Source of the DNA: a virus | Taxonomy: Duplodnaviria; Caudoviricetes | Reading direction: 5' to 3' (one strand) | DNA length: 51,111 nt | Virus record (IMG/VR): IMGVR_UViG_3300009786_000019 | Location: 1-51,111 of that record | Part shown: positions 15,990 through 25,183 of the stretch, in pieces | Position numbering within the stretch: the stretch's first letter is position 1 | Layout: each line of letters opens with the position of its first letter | The notes under the pieces: model-generated | Told to the model about the DNA's origin: nothing | The model's input: only the letters and a program-made list of their open reading frames with translations | Databases searched by the model: none | Program-made: the position numbers and the translations under genes

Positions 15990-17521
15990 TAGAACACTGC
16001 CTCTTTCGTTTCAAATTGTGGTGGGTCTATTTCAAGGTCCATTGCTTCAAAGGCGGGGATCACCCAGACCCGCACACTTCTTCCTTTGATTTTCAACACC
16101 GTTGATTCGCCATGAATGTCTCGTAGCCGCTGTGCAATCCGGTGCGATTTGTACTCAAACCATTTGTTTTTCTTCAGGTAGTTTTCAAAATCCTTCAATC
16201 GGAAATACGTCCGGTTGATCTCTTCATCCGTCCACGGTCTGCGTAACAGAATCTCTTCTTTATCCTGCGCCTGCTGCATGTGGCGGCAGAACTCCTCAAG
16301 GTAGTCATAGAACTGTCCACTGACGCTCGCGTCCTGCGATACCTCTACTATGGCGGATTCATTCTCTTTCATGTCGTTCAACAGCGAACTGATACGCCCT
16401 TCCCACGTCTGCTTCACAACACTGCGCGGCATGAAGTTGAGTTGCTCAAGACAGGCTTTTTGAAAAGCTGTCTGATTCATCAAGCCCTCAGTATCTAGCT
16501 CTAAAGGTTCTGAATTTACGTCCATAAACCAGACCGGCGGGGTGCTGTTGTATTTTCTGAGGTTGCCAATGCTGGCCCCCTGCACGGCAGACCCCACACC
16601 AAACTTTCGGGTATAGCAAAGCTCTTTGTTGCAGTGAGCGTTGATCGGTGCGTCACTACACTTATAGGCGTAGTCTTTGCGCTGCACCTGTTTCGCCACT
16701 ACGTTAACTTCGTTCAGCGGCAAGGGCGGAACGAGGTATTGCATGTTGTAGCTTAAAATCTCGCTCTCCCAGCTATCCGGGAACGCTTTTCGCAGATATA
16801 CCCCAATGTTAAATAAACCATTGTTGCGACCACCCTCGCTGATCTTGTCAGTACAAAGGATTTGAAGGCACGGCGGGCCGTCTGCCAGTAATTTCTTTTC
16901 TTTTACTTTGACGACCTGTAAGCCAATTACCTGCTCTGGGGTCTGGACGTGGGCTTCGTAAATCTCAAAAAACTCTTGAATCGTAGCGGAGGTGCCATCA
17001 TCCTGAATCGCGTACCGCAATCCCTCTTCTGCATTAAAATAAGGAAGATTGAGAAAGTTACCCACATCGCCGCGATCTAAATGCAGCTTGATCTGTTTCG
17101 GAAATATCTCGCTTTCGCCATAACCCAGCGCCGCAGCCATACACTGCAACGCTTTCTGCATATCTTTTGCTGCGACCCACTCTTTGGCAAACAAGAAACA
17201 ATGTGCGCCGCCGGACTTACTGCGACACACCACCAAAGGTAATTTCATTTTCCTAATCTTTTCAACAAGAAGTTTGTGATCGAGAGGGTATTGGTCTACA
17301 TCAATGCACCCCCACCGACACTCATCGTCCCGGTTAATTGGGATTATCCCAATCCCGGTCTTGCCTTTTAAATGGTTCTCCCACAAGACCGTGGTCCGTG
17401 ATTCACGCACGACGGCGGCTTTGCCTTGCATTTTGCCACTAGCACTTTCCTTTTCGATCCGGAAAGTGCCGTACGCTTCTTGGAGTCCATCAAAAATATC
17501 AATAAATTTTTGGACACTCAT
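15989..17521 (-). CDS. AEP-family primase (primase-polymerase) with PriCT domain
   Basis: WGCIDVD, SKSGGAH, PPCLQ..GGRNNGLF. Confidence 0.8.
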   Translation of the reverse strand: MSVQKFIDIFDGLQEAYGTFRIEKESASGKMQGKAAVVRESRTTVLWENHLKGKTGIGIIPINRDDECRWGCIDVDQYPLDHKLLVEKIRKMKLPLVVCRSKSGGAHCFLFAKEWVAAKDMQKALQCMAAALGYGESEIFPKQIKLHLDRGDVGNFLNLPYFNAEEGLRYAIQDDGTSATIQEFFEIYEAHVQTPEQVIGLQVVKVKEKKLLADGPPCLQILCTDKISEGGRNNGLFNIGVYLRKAFPDSWESEILSYNMQYLVPPLPLNEVNVVAKQVQRKDYAYKCSDAPINAHCNKELCYTRKFGVGSAVQGASIGNLRKYNSTPPVWFMDVNSEPLELDTEGLMNQTAFQKACLEQLNFMPRSVVKQTWEGRISSLLNDMKENESAIVEVSQDASVSGQFYDYLEEFCRHMQQAQDKEEILLRRPWTDEEINRTYFRLKDFENYLKKNKWFEYKSHRIAQRLRDIHGESTVLKIKGRSVRVWVIPAFEAMDLEIDPPQFETKEAVF

Positions 17522-17535
17522 TTCACACTCCGCAG

Positions 17536-17566
17536 AAAAAACAAAAAGGGCGACTTACGCCGCCCC
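17536..17566 (-). terminator. Probable terminator after the SSB-like gene
   Basis: GGGCGG/TCGCCC stem plus U-tract. Confidence 0.55.
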
Positions 17567-17573
17567 GCAACAA

Positions 17574-18347
17574 TCAAAAAACGTCTTTTGTTGCCTTCTG
17601 TTCTTCCTGCTCATGCTTCACAAGCACATCGCCTTCAGATATCGAATCGTGGAACTCCTTAGCACGAACGTACAAACTTTTGTCCGTGATCGGTCCAACG
17701 CGGGACATCTCCCAACCATGCCAACTGCCCTTAGAATTTTCTTCCTTAACAGTCTTCATTTCGTAGAGGTGCGAATATCGGGGCGGGTTGAAGGGACCCT
17801 TTGCCCCCACCATCTGCACCGATTGCATCATCGAGTTCCACTTGCGAGACTTTTTAAGCTGCGTGGATTTCATCGCAATCAACGCTGTTTCCGCTGATCC
17901 GTCCTCGTTCACCACCACGACAAAGTGCTGGTGCGTTTCCTCAATATACTCGCCCGAACCGCCGACAACATATTCTTTGTTATCTTCGGGTGACCGCTCC
18001 GTTTTGGGCATTTCCTGTCCCGGCTCATAGATCGCCTGTGGTGCGCCGCTGCCTTCGCCACGCGGTGCCCAACAAATGAACCTACGGTGATAAGCGCAAG
18101 GTATCACGGTGATGCCCTCACCACCCGCATAGATAGTGCCGGTAACAGTGTTGTAAATATCACCTTTTCGGGCATTCGTGTCTGCGTCATCCAAAACGGG
18201 ATCATTGCCGCTTAGAACTTTCAGAAAGGGTAACGCTAAATCCTCTTGCCCCATGTCCTGCAAGCCAGAACCCGCGTCGTCCTCAAACAGACCCAAAACT
18301 TCCGTGCTAACTTCCGTACTTGCTTTTTCTTTTAATGCTTTAGCCAT
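17574..18347 (-). CDS. Probable ssDNA-binding protein
   Basis: Located in the replication module; MKSTQLKKSRKWN motif; C-terminal ..DVF tail. Confidence 0.5.
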   Translation of the reverse strand: MAKALKEKASTEVSTEVLGLFEDDAGSGLQDMGQEDLALPFLKVLSGNDPVLDDADTNARKGDIYNTVTGTIYAGGEGITVIPCAYHRRFICWAPRGEGSGAPQAIYEPGQEMPKTERSPEDNKEYVVGGSGEYIEETHQHFVVVVNEDGSAETALIAMKSTQLKKSRKWNSMMQSVQMVGAKGPFNPPRYSHLYEMKTVKEENSKGSWHGWEMSRVGPITDKSLYVRAKEFHDSISEGDVLVKHEQEEQKATKDVF

Positions 18348-18349
18348 CG

Positions 18350-18928
18350 TTACTTACTCCTCTTGATAGTGGCACGTTGCCCAATAAAAGCCCCGAACAA
18401 ATCCATCGGGAACTCATTTCCATTTTCAGTTTGCTCTTTGACCCACGCCCGCAACGTCTGCGGATGGACAGCCGTTTTCTGCTCCGGAGCAAAACCTTTC
18501 TCTTCAGCCATTGTTGAAAAGGCAGCAGCCTGATCATCTTCACCTCTGCCGAATTGGCAGGTAACAGTATTTTTGATGATGTCATCGTGACCGTACTGGC
18601 GGAGCCAACCGTGCGCTTCCTCTTTGTTGGCTTGCGTAATGCTGCCACCGTAAGTTTGCTTGACGACTACCTCGCTGCCATCGTCGAGCGAGAACTTGCT
18701 GATGCCCATTTCATTCAGCATCGCAGGGAGTTCTTCGTCGGTGAGCTTCAGGAGGCTTTTCTTCTCTTCTTTCACGTGCTGCTCAAGAGCAGCAATCGTA
18801 GTCTCAGTAGCTAGAATTTGTCGAGAGATTGCGGCGACGGACGTAAGCCCGCCCTGATCCACTTTCTCGACGCTAGAGGCTTGTTTAGCCTCAAATTCGG
18901 ATTCAAACATCTCATTTAAATCGTCCAT
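18350..18928 (-). CDS. Hypothetical replication-module protein
   Basis: ATG at 18928 after GAGGA; coiled coil, VHPQTLRAWVKEQ. Confidence 0.7.
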   Translation of the reverse strand: MDDLNEMFESEFEAKQASSVEKVDQGGLTSVAAISRQILATETTIAALEQHVKEEKKSLLKLTDEELPAMLNEMGISKFSLDDGSEVVVKQTYGGSITQANKEEAHGWLRQYGHDDIIKNTVTCQFGRGEDDQAAAFSTMAEEKGFAPEQKTAVHPQTLRAWVKEQTENGNEFPMDLFGAFIGQRATIKRSK

Positions 18929-18967
18929 CGTGTTTCCTCTTTCGTAGTTAAAGGCACCGTTCGGGCC

Positions 18968-19008
18968 TTGACAATTACCCATATTATCGTATCATGGGAT
19001 AATGTCAA
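18968..19008. promoter_or_regulatory. Overlapping divergent promoters forming a pseudo-palindrome
   Basis: TTGACA at both ends (18968 +, 19008 -); operator-like ACCCATA and CATGGGA inside. Confidence 0.7.
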
Positions 19009-19021
19009 CAGGAATAATCAG

Positions 19022-20473
19022 ATGGACTTTAATTTTAAGACTCAGCCTTACCAGCACCAGTTAGCAGCCCTAGAAGAATCGTGGGCCGCGCCTCATTATG
19101 CGTTGCTCATGGAGATGGGAACCGGCAAAACAAAAGTCGCACTCGATACGATGGTAAAACTTTACGAAGAAAACAGACTTGAAGCCGCGCTAGTTATCGC
19201 CCCAAAGGGGGTATACGACAACTGGATAAAAAACGAAATCCCAACTCACGTTCCCGACGAAATCGAGCCTTTGATATTACGTTGGCAACCTGCCCAAAGC
19301 AAGAAATACCAAGATGAAGTGTCCCAGTTCTTGTTTGACAAGACGGGCGTACTAAAAATATTCGTAATGAACGTCGAAGCTTTCTCTACGCCAAAAGGCA
19401 CAAAGATGGCAAACACCTTTTGTAAGCGGCATCCAGACAACATGGTGCTTGTGGACGAAAGCACGACGATCAAAAACCGTAAAGCAAGACGTACCAAGAA
19501 CATCGTAGCGCTCAACAAAGTTAGCAAGTATCGACGCATCTTGACGGGCAGCCCAATAACAAAATCCCCAATGGATTTGTTCAGCCAGTGTTTGTTTCGG
19601 GACTAAAAAGCCTTGGGATTTGAGAACTTCTTAGCCTTTCAAGCGCGTTACAGCATCCTTGCCCGCCGTGTCATCAACAACCGCAGCTTTCAGGAAGTTA
19701 CAGGGTATCGCAGACTCGACGAGTTAACGGAAAAGCTTGAGCATTTTTCTAACCGGGTTCTGAAGAAAGATTGCCTTGATTTGCCTGATAAAATTTACAT
19801 GCGCCGAAATGTGGATTTGACGGACGAACAAGTTAAGTTGTATCGACAGATGCAGAAGCTGGCCCTTGCGAAGCTGCAAAACGGTGAGCTTGCTACAACG
19901 CAGAGTGTTTTGACCCAAATTATGCGTTTGCAGCAGATTTGCTGTGGTTTCTTGCAGCCCGACGAAGGAGAACTCCAACCTATCCCCAGTAAGCGTATGA
20001 GCGCCCTCAGAGAGATTGTGGATGAGGCTGATGGTAAGGTCATTATCTGGGCTACGTACAGACACGACATTGCTAAGATCACTGAGATGCTGCAAAAGGA
20101 GTTTGGCCCAAGGTCCGTGGCTTCCTATTTCGGAGACACGCCGCAAGAGGACCGGCAAGATATCGTGAATCGGTTCCAAGACCCAACTTCAGATTTGCGG
20201 TTTTTCGTCGCTCAACCCAAGACCGGGGGCTACGGGATTACGCTCACGGAAGCCAGCACCGTAGTGTACTACAGCAATTCCTATGATTTGGAAATCCGTT
20301 TACAGAGCGAGGACCGCGCACACCGGATCGGGCAAAAACGAGCCGTTACCTATATTGATCTGGTATCTCCAGACACGATTGACGAAAAGATCCTGAAAGC
20401 CTTACGGAGCAAAATTAACATTGCCAGCGAAGTGTTGAACGAAGATACGATGTCTTGGCTTAGTGAGTCATAA
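19022..20473 (+). pseudogene. SNF2-like SF2 helicase interrupted by one in-frame TAA (19604-19606)
   Basis: EMGTGKT, DEST and LTGSP before the stop; GGYGITL and QSEDRAHRIGQ after it, in the same frame. Confidence 0.75.
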
Positions 20474-20567
20474 AAAACTCAAATCCAAATCCAAAAACAC
20501 CCTGTGTTGGCATAGAGAAAACTGTAGCAATGCCCGGAACGAACATTCTCTTTGGATTCAAACATTT

Positions 20568-20915
20568 TTACCCACCCGGCAGTAGTTTAAGGGCGTGAGG
20601 CTCATCAAGATGATCGTCAAATTCTTCTTGAATTTTGGCTAGTTCTTTCTGAATATACTCAATATTTAAATCCTGAACGGCGTCGTCCGGTAAGGCTCCC
20701 AATTCGCCGCGAGGCCACTTGATCCTGAACTCTTCGTTGGTTTTTACCGAGTCTTGCATCCGGATAACATCAATTTGGAGCGCGGAAATCTCGCTTGTCA
20801 ACGTGAAATAAACACCCGCCACAAACAGCAGCAGAGCCAACACACCTACCAGACTTTTTATGTCAATGGTCACGGTGCTGTCCTCGCTAACCTGCAAATT
20901 GCTTTCGTTTTCCAT
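20568..20915 (-). CDS. Hypothetical membrane protein
   Basis: One TM segment plus coiled coil. Confidence 0.65.
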   Translation of the reverse strand: MENESNLQVSEDSTVTIDIKSLVGVLALLLFVAGVYFTLTSEISALQIDVIRMQDSVKTNEEFRIKWPRGELGALPDDAVQDLNIEYIQKELAKIQEEFDDHLDEPHALKLLPGG

Positions 20916-20928
20916 CGTTAGTAACTAA

Positions 20929-21156
20929 TTACTTAGGGTTGGGTTTTTGAGTATCTGACAGCACTTGATAGGACTCCATCAAAATGTGAATAACATCCTC
21001 AATTTCGGAGGAGTCTAGCCACATCTTTACCGATTTGTTTTTTTCAACTTGTTCTAGCAACACGCCGGGCACCTGCCCGGAGTCGTTTTTTGCGTAAACG
21101 TTTGCCCGGTATTTGACAACGTTTTTTGCTCGCATCTTGTGTAGATATTCTTTCAT
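20929..21156 (-). CDS. Hypothetical protein
   Basis: ORF-track frame; probable ATG at 21156, start uncertain. Confidence 0.5.
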   Translation of the reverse strand: MKEYLHKMRAKNVVKYRANVYAKNDSGQVPGVLLEQVEKNKSVKMWLDSSEIEDVIHILMESYQVLSDTQKPNPK

Positions 21157-21187
21157 GCTTGTGACGTTGTTTTTCAACGGCAGCACA

Positions 21188-24100
21188 TCACTCGCTCCGC
21201 AAAGAACCAATACCCTGTTCTTCCGCCCGAATCAGACCAGACGTAATGTCTGACGGAAATAGGGCGGCGTACCGAGACCGGTCCACCGGCCCACTAGGGG
21301 CCGGGGCCGGAGCAGCAGGGGGCGGAGACATGGTGGGAGTAGTCTCTGCTCTCTGAAGTTGGCGTGATTCGCGGTCCATGAACTGCGGCACGGGTTGTAA
21401 CGAAGCTTGCGGGTCTGGCAACGGAACTATGGTTGTCGCTGGCTGTTCTTCTCTAACCTCCTCTTCTATTACGGGAGGCACTTCTTTAACAAACATAGGG
21501 TTTCGTCTAATTAAAGTTTCCCCTAAAAGTTGATTTACTGCGCTAACAGACTTTCCAAATTGTTTCTCGTCTGTTGTTTCTCGTAACGCTGCCGCCAATG
21601 CTTTAGGGTTTTCCATTATTCGTACCATTTCTTGTACGATTAAAGTTTCAGGTCCGGTAATAAACAAACGAGGACCCGCTTGAGCGCCAACACTACCGGC
21701 TACAACTCCTGCACCAACCAAATCGCCCTGTATAACATTGCCAAAACCCGGAATACTTTTTATTAAACCCTTAAACCTTTCTAAAGCTGTGCCTACGGCT
21801 AATGCGCCAGCAATTTTTAACGCTCCTAATTTTGCTACACTACCTTTCTTAAAAAGAATTGGAGATAAGTCTCCTGTTTCAAAAGCTTCATCCACAGAAT
21901 TTATGGTTTTAATCATTTGTTGAAGATTTTTAACGTATTGATCATCAACTAAATCGTTTTTCTTCATAAAGTCTATGAGTTTAAAATCTAAACTCAAATC
22001 AACGCTTTTCAAAGGATCAAAAAGATAAGACTGAAAAGCTTTTGCGTTAAATTTTGTGCCGAAATTACCAGACTTTAAAGCGGCTGCGTTGATTAGAGAT
22101 GCACGGAAACCCTCAAGAACTTGCTTTGTGGTGTAGGATACCCCTGTTTCGGGGTCTACAACGTCACCAAGTTGTTTTATGTTATCAACCATTCTTTGTA
22201 AGGTTCTAGCCGGAGGTATATTTACACCTTCTGAAGACGTTCCTGATAAAATCTGTGACATCGTTGTTGCCGCAGATTCCGGTCTTTTTAAAAACAAACG
22301 AAAAGCAACGTTTTCTGATGTGTTTTTTAACACGTTATTATCAATAGTAGTTGCGTTTATAAGTTGCTGTGCTTTTTCCAAAGAACTTAAATCTTTTTTT
22401 AATGTTGGAAACGTACTAAAAAGTCTTTGCGCTCTTTCAGAATTTCTAAAAGTTTCTAACTTTTTAGAATCTACAGTTCGAGAAACAACTTCACCTGTAA
22501 CCGGATCTGTTGTTTGGTTAACAAACTCTCTATTAACATTTCTGATTGCTTCTAAAACTGTTTCTCCTAGCTCTTCCTCTTGTTGTGCAGCATTAAAAGG
22601 CACATTTCTCTGTTGACGACCAGCAGAGTCCGTAAAATCAACAGTCTCTACGCCTTCAAATTTTTCTTCAAAACCTATTTCTTTAAAAGCTTTCCTGTCC
22701 ATGACTCCGGGCGCAAAAGAATCATCAAACTCTTGAGCGGCCCTCATAATCTGCTCTACTCTTTGTGCTTCTATTCGTGAGCCTTTCTTTAAAAGATTTA
22801 AAGCGTCCGAAGCGTCAATTAAACCCGCTCCGTCGCCTGTAGTTCTTGTCATTTGTCCTAAAAGAGTTCTTTTAAAAACGTTTGCCCCAGCAAAACTGTA
22901 CGCTTTTGCATCAAGATATGCTTGTCTACCCGCTGTTTGTGGATCTAATGAATATAAATCCTCGTCCATTGCTCTTACTAATCTACCTAAAAATTCACCT
23001 CCTTGCGCGTTCGGCACTACACCTGAAATCATGGAGCGAGTTTTTTTCTTTAACGCACTGCGAATACTTTGAAACGTTTCTAAATCGAGAGGGTTGACAG
23101 TTACTTTGAGACTTCCATCTTGATTCGTTGCGCCTGTAAAAAAATCAATAATATCGTCAATGTCAGCTTTGTAGTCTCCAAGGGCCGATTCAAACTCAGC
23201 TTTGCTACCTCGAACACGTCCAAAATCTAAACCTCCTTTGTTTGCTGAAAGGCCGAAAATTTCAACCATTGCAGGTACACCAGAAGAACTCCCATCTTGT
23301 TTGTTGAAAGGACCGGCTATGGTGAAATTAGGTATTTCGTCCCAAAGTTGGCCTTCTCTCTTTTTAAAAGCAGCAATTTGCTTTTCTAGTAGCTCATAAA
23401 GTTTGGGAGCAATTTCGTTGGCTTTGTCTTGCGGTATCTCATCTAAATTTGTAATGTCTGGATAAATTTTTCGCAAAGAAGTTTCTAAAGTATTAACGGC
23501 AAGTTCCATGCTGTTAACAAGCTGCTGTTCCATTAAGCCTTGTTGAATAATGCTTGCCATCGTCAAAGCTTCAGGATGATCAACTAAAGCTAATGCTTCT
23601 ATTTTTCGTTTTGCCTCTGAAATAAACTGCTCTTTACCTGCATCTGAAGCCATCGCTAAAGCATCACTGGATGCACTTAATTGTCGGTCAAGCTCTTTTA
23701 AAATAGATGAAAAAGGAGTGTCTTTTACTTGTGCAGAAGCAGTAGCAGCAATGTCGTCTGGAAGTTCAATAGAAGGATCTAATAAAATTTTCCTTAATGC
23801 CGCTATTTCTTCTTCTGGAGTGCCAGAGGTAGGAAACTCCGGATGGGTAAAAATAAACTTAAACAAACGGCTTGCAGCTTGTTTTCCGGTTTTGTCCCCT
23901 ACAAATGTTTCTGCGGCCTCTTGCGGGCTTTTAGCAATGGCTATAGCTCGTTTTCCGTAATCAAGAAGACCTCCGAATAAAGCTGTCCCTGTTTTTGTAA
24001 CAAGAGGAGTAGCCCCCGCTGTTGATAATTCAAATCCTAATCTAGCTAACACGCTACCGGGAGCAATTTCTTCTGCTAAATAAGCACCGCTCGCCGCCGC

Positions 24101-25183
24101 ACCGGACATTAAAGATTCCAAGCCAATAAAAGCTTTAGGGTTTTTTGCAGCTTCAGTCAAACCTTTTGCCACACCTTCTGCAATCGCAGTCGGAAGTCTT
24201 GCTTTAATAGGCCCTTTTGTTGCATCAGGCCTAACTTTCTCTTTAAGTTTTCCGATACGAGTTGTAGGTGCGGGCCGGTCTCTAAGCCTCATTGCCCGTT
24301 CAAACTCTTTTCGGCCCAGACTTCTGATTAAAGCCTCATCCATTACTTTCGGATCAAATTTACCAGACGCTACCGCTTTAAAGTTTTTTAAGAACTTTAG
24401 ACCTTGAAAGCTTTCTACAACGGGTTTTATAGCTATTTTTGCGGCTGCCGCTGGGGTTGCCAAGGCGCTAATACCATAAGTAAACGTTTCCCCCGCATTG
24501 TATGAAGATTGCAAAGAAGGCAACAAAATGGGGTCATCTGCATCAAAAATAAAATCATCAACTAAACTGCCTAAATAAGCAGCAGCACCCCCGCCAATAA
24601 ACCCGCCTACAATAGCAGCACCACCTACAACCAAAGGTCCATAAGGACCCGCATAAGCCGCAGGTACAGCAGCCGCTATAGCAGCCGCTCTTGCACCCGC
24701 AAGGCCCCCCGGTATAGAAAAAGCCGCAGGTACAGCAGCCCTCCCTGCACCAGCTCTTAAAGCGTCTAATCGCGGGGACGGCTCTACAAATTTTTGTTCG
24801 CCAGTTTCTTCGTCAACCACAGGGATGTTGTCGTATTTACCGTAGTCTTCTACATCTGTAAACAGTGTTAAAATCTGTTCGTCATTTTGCCGCCTTCCAG
24901 ATGGGCCAAGGGACTGATCAACACTAGGCAATATGTCCAAAATTGGTGAAGTTCCATCCAGTAATTCTTCATATATAATTTCAGTTTCAGGGAACAAAGC
25001 ATTAACAACCTCAACAACTTCTTGAGTAACTCCGGTTAATCCTTTTTCTTTTATTTTTTCTTGAAAATAAAGAGGGTCGTTAAAACTGTAAAGTGCGCCA
25101 GACAGAGGCGCAGGAGTTGTTGAAGCAGGAACGCTACTTTGTCCATTAGTTAAAGCGGGGGAGCTAGTCGTTGTCGTAACCAT
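21188..25183 (-). CDS. Large internal virion/ejection protein
   Basis: 1331 aa; Ala/Gly-rich hydrophobic segments; last gene of the ejection cluster; ends QGIGSLRSE. Confidence 0.65.
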   Translation of the reverse strand: MVTTTTSSPALTNGQSSVPASTTPAPLSGALYSFNDPLYFQEKIKEKGLTGVTQEVVEVVNALFPETEIIYEELLDGTSPILDILPSVDQSLGPSGRRQNDEQILTLFTDVEDYGKYDNIPVVDEETGEQKFVEPSPRLDALRAGAGRAAVPAAFSIPGGLAGARAAAIAAAVPAAYAGPYGPLVVGGAAIVGGFIGGGAAAYLGSLVDDFIFDADDPILLPSLQSSYNAGETFTYGISALATPAAAAKIAIKPVVESFQGLKFLKNFKAVASGKFDPKVMDEALIRSLGRKEFERAMRLRDRPAPTTRIGKLKEKVRPDATKGPIKARLPTAIAEGVAKGLTEAAKNPKAFIGLESLMSGAAASGAYLAEEIAPGSVLARLGFELSTAGATPLVTKTGTALFGGLLDYGKRAIAIAKSPQEAAETFVGDKTGKQAASRLFKFIFTHPEFPTSGTPEEEIAALRKILLDPSIELPDDIAATASAQVKDTPFSSILKELDRQLSASSDALAMASDAGKEQFISEAKRKIEALALVDHPEALTMASIIQQGLMEQQLVNSMELAVNTLETSLRKIYPDITNLDEIPQDKANEIAPKLYELLEKQIAAFKKREGQLWDEIPNFTIAGPFNKQDGSSSGVPAMVEIFGLSANKGGLDFGRVRGSKAEFESALGDYKADIDDIIDFFTGATNQDGSLKVTVNPLDLETFQSIRSALKKKTRSMISGVVPNAQGGEFLGRLVRAMDEDLYSLDPQTAGRQAYLDAKAYSFAGANVFKRTLLGQMTRTTGDGAGLIDASDALNLLKKGSRIEAQRVEQIMRAAQEFDDSFAPGVMDRKAFKEIGFEEKFEGVETVDFTDSAGRQQRNVPFNAAQQEEELGETVLEAIRNVNREFVNQTTDPVTGEVVSRTVDSKKLETFRNSERAQRLFSTFPTLKKDLSSLEKAQQLINATTIDNNVLKNTSENVAFRLFLKRPESAATTMSQILSGTSSEGVNIPPARTLQRMVDNIKQLGDVVDPETGVSYTTKQVLEGFRASLINAAALKSGNFGTKFNAKAFQSYLFDPLKSVDLSLDFKLIDFMKKNDLVDDQYVKNLQQMIKTINSVDEAFETGDLSPILFKKGSVAKLGALKIAGALAVGTALERFKGLIKSIPGFGNVIQGDLVGAGVVAGSVGAQAGPRLFITGPETLIVQEMVRIMENPKALAAALRETTDEKQFGKSVSAVNQLLGETLIRRNPMFVKEVPPVIEEEVREEQPATTIVPLPDPQASLQPVPQFMDRESRQLQRAETTPTMSPPPAAPAPAPSGPVDRSRYAALFPSDITSGLIRAEEQGIGSLRSE

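Noticed and set aside
11924-18857. Numerous plus-strand ORFs antisense to replication genes (likewise across the structural region)
   Set aside because: Shadow ORFs of well-supported minus-strand genes with no recognisable motifs.
18929-19021. Extended, overlapping N-termini of the ORF-track calls 18350..18982 and 18968..19606
   Set aside because: Their TTG starts are parts of promoter elements; ATGs at 18928 and 19022 have SD-like sequences.
19604-19606. Genome-wide TAA reassignment
   Set aside because: Many genes end at TAA with coupled downstream starts; only one internal stop was found.
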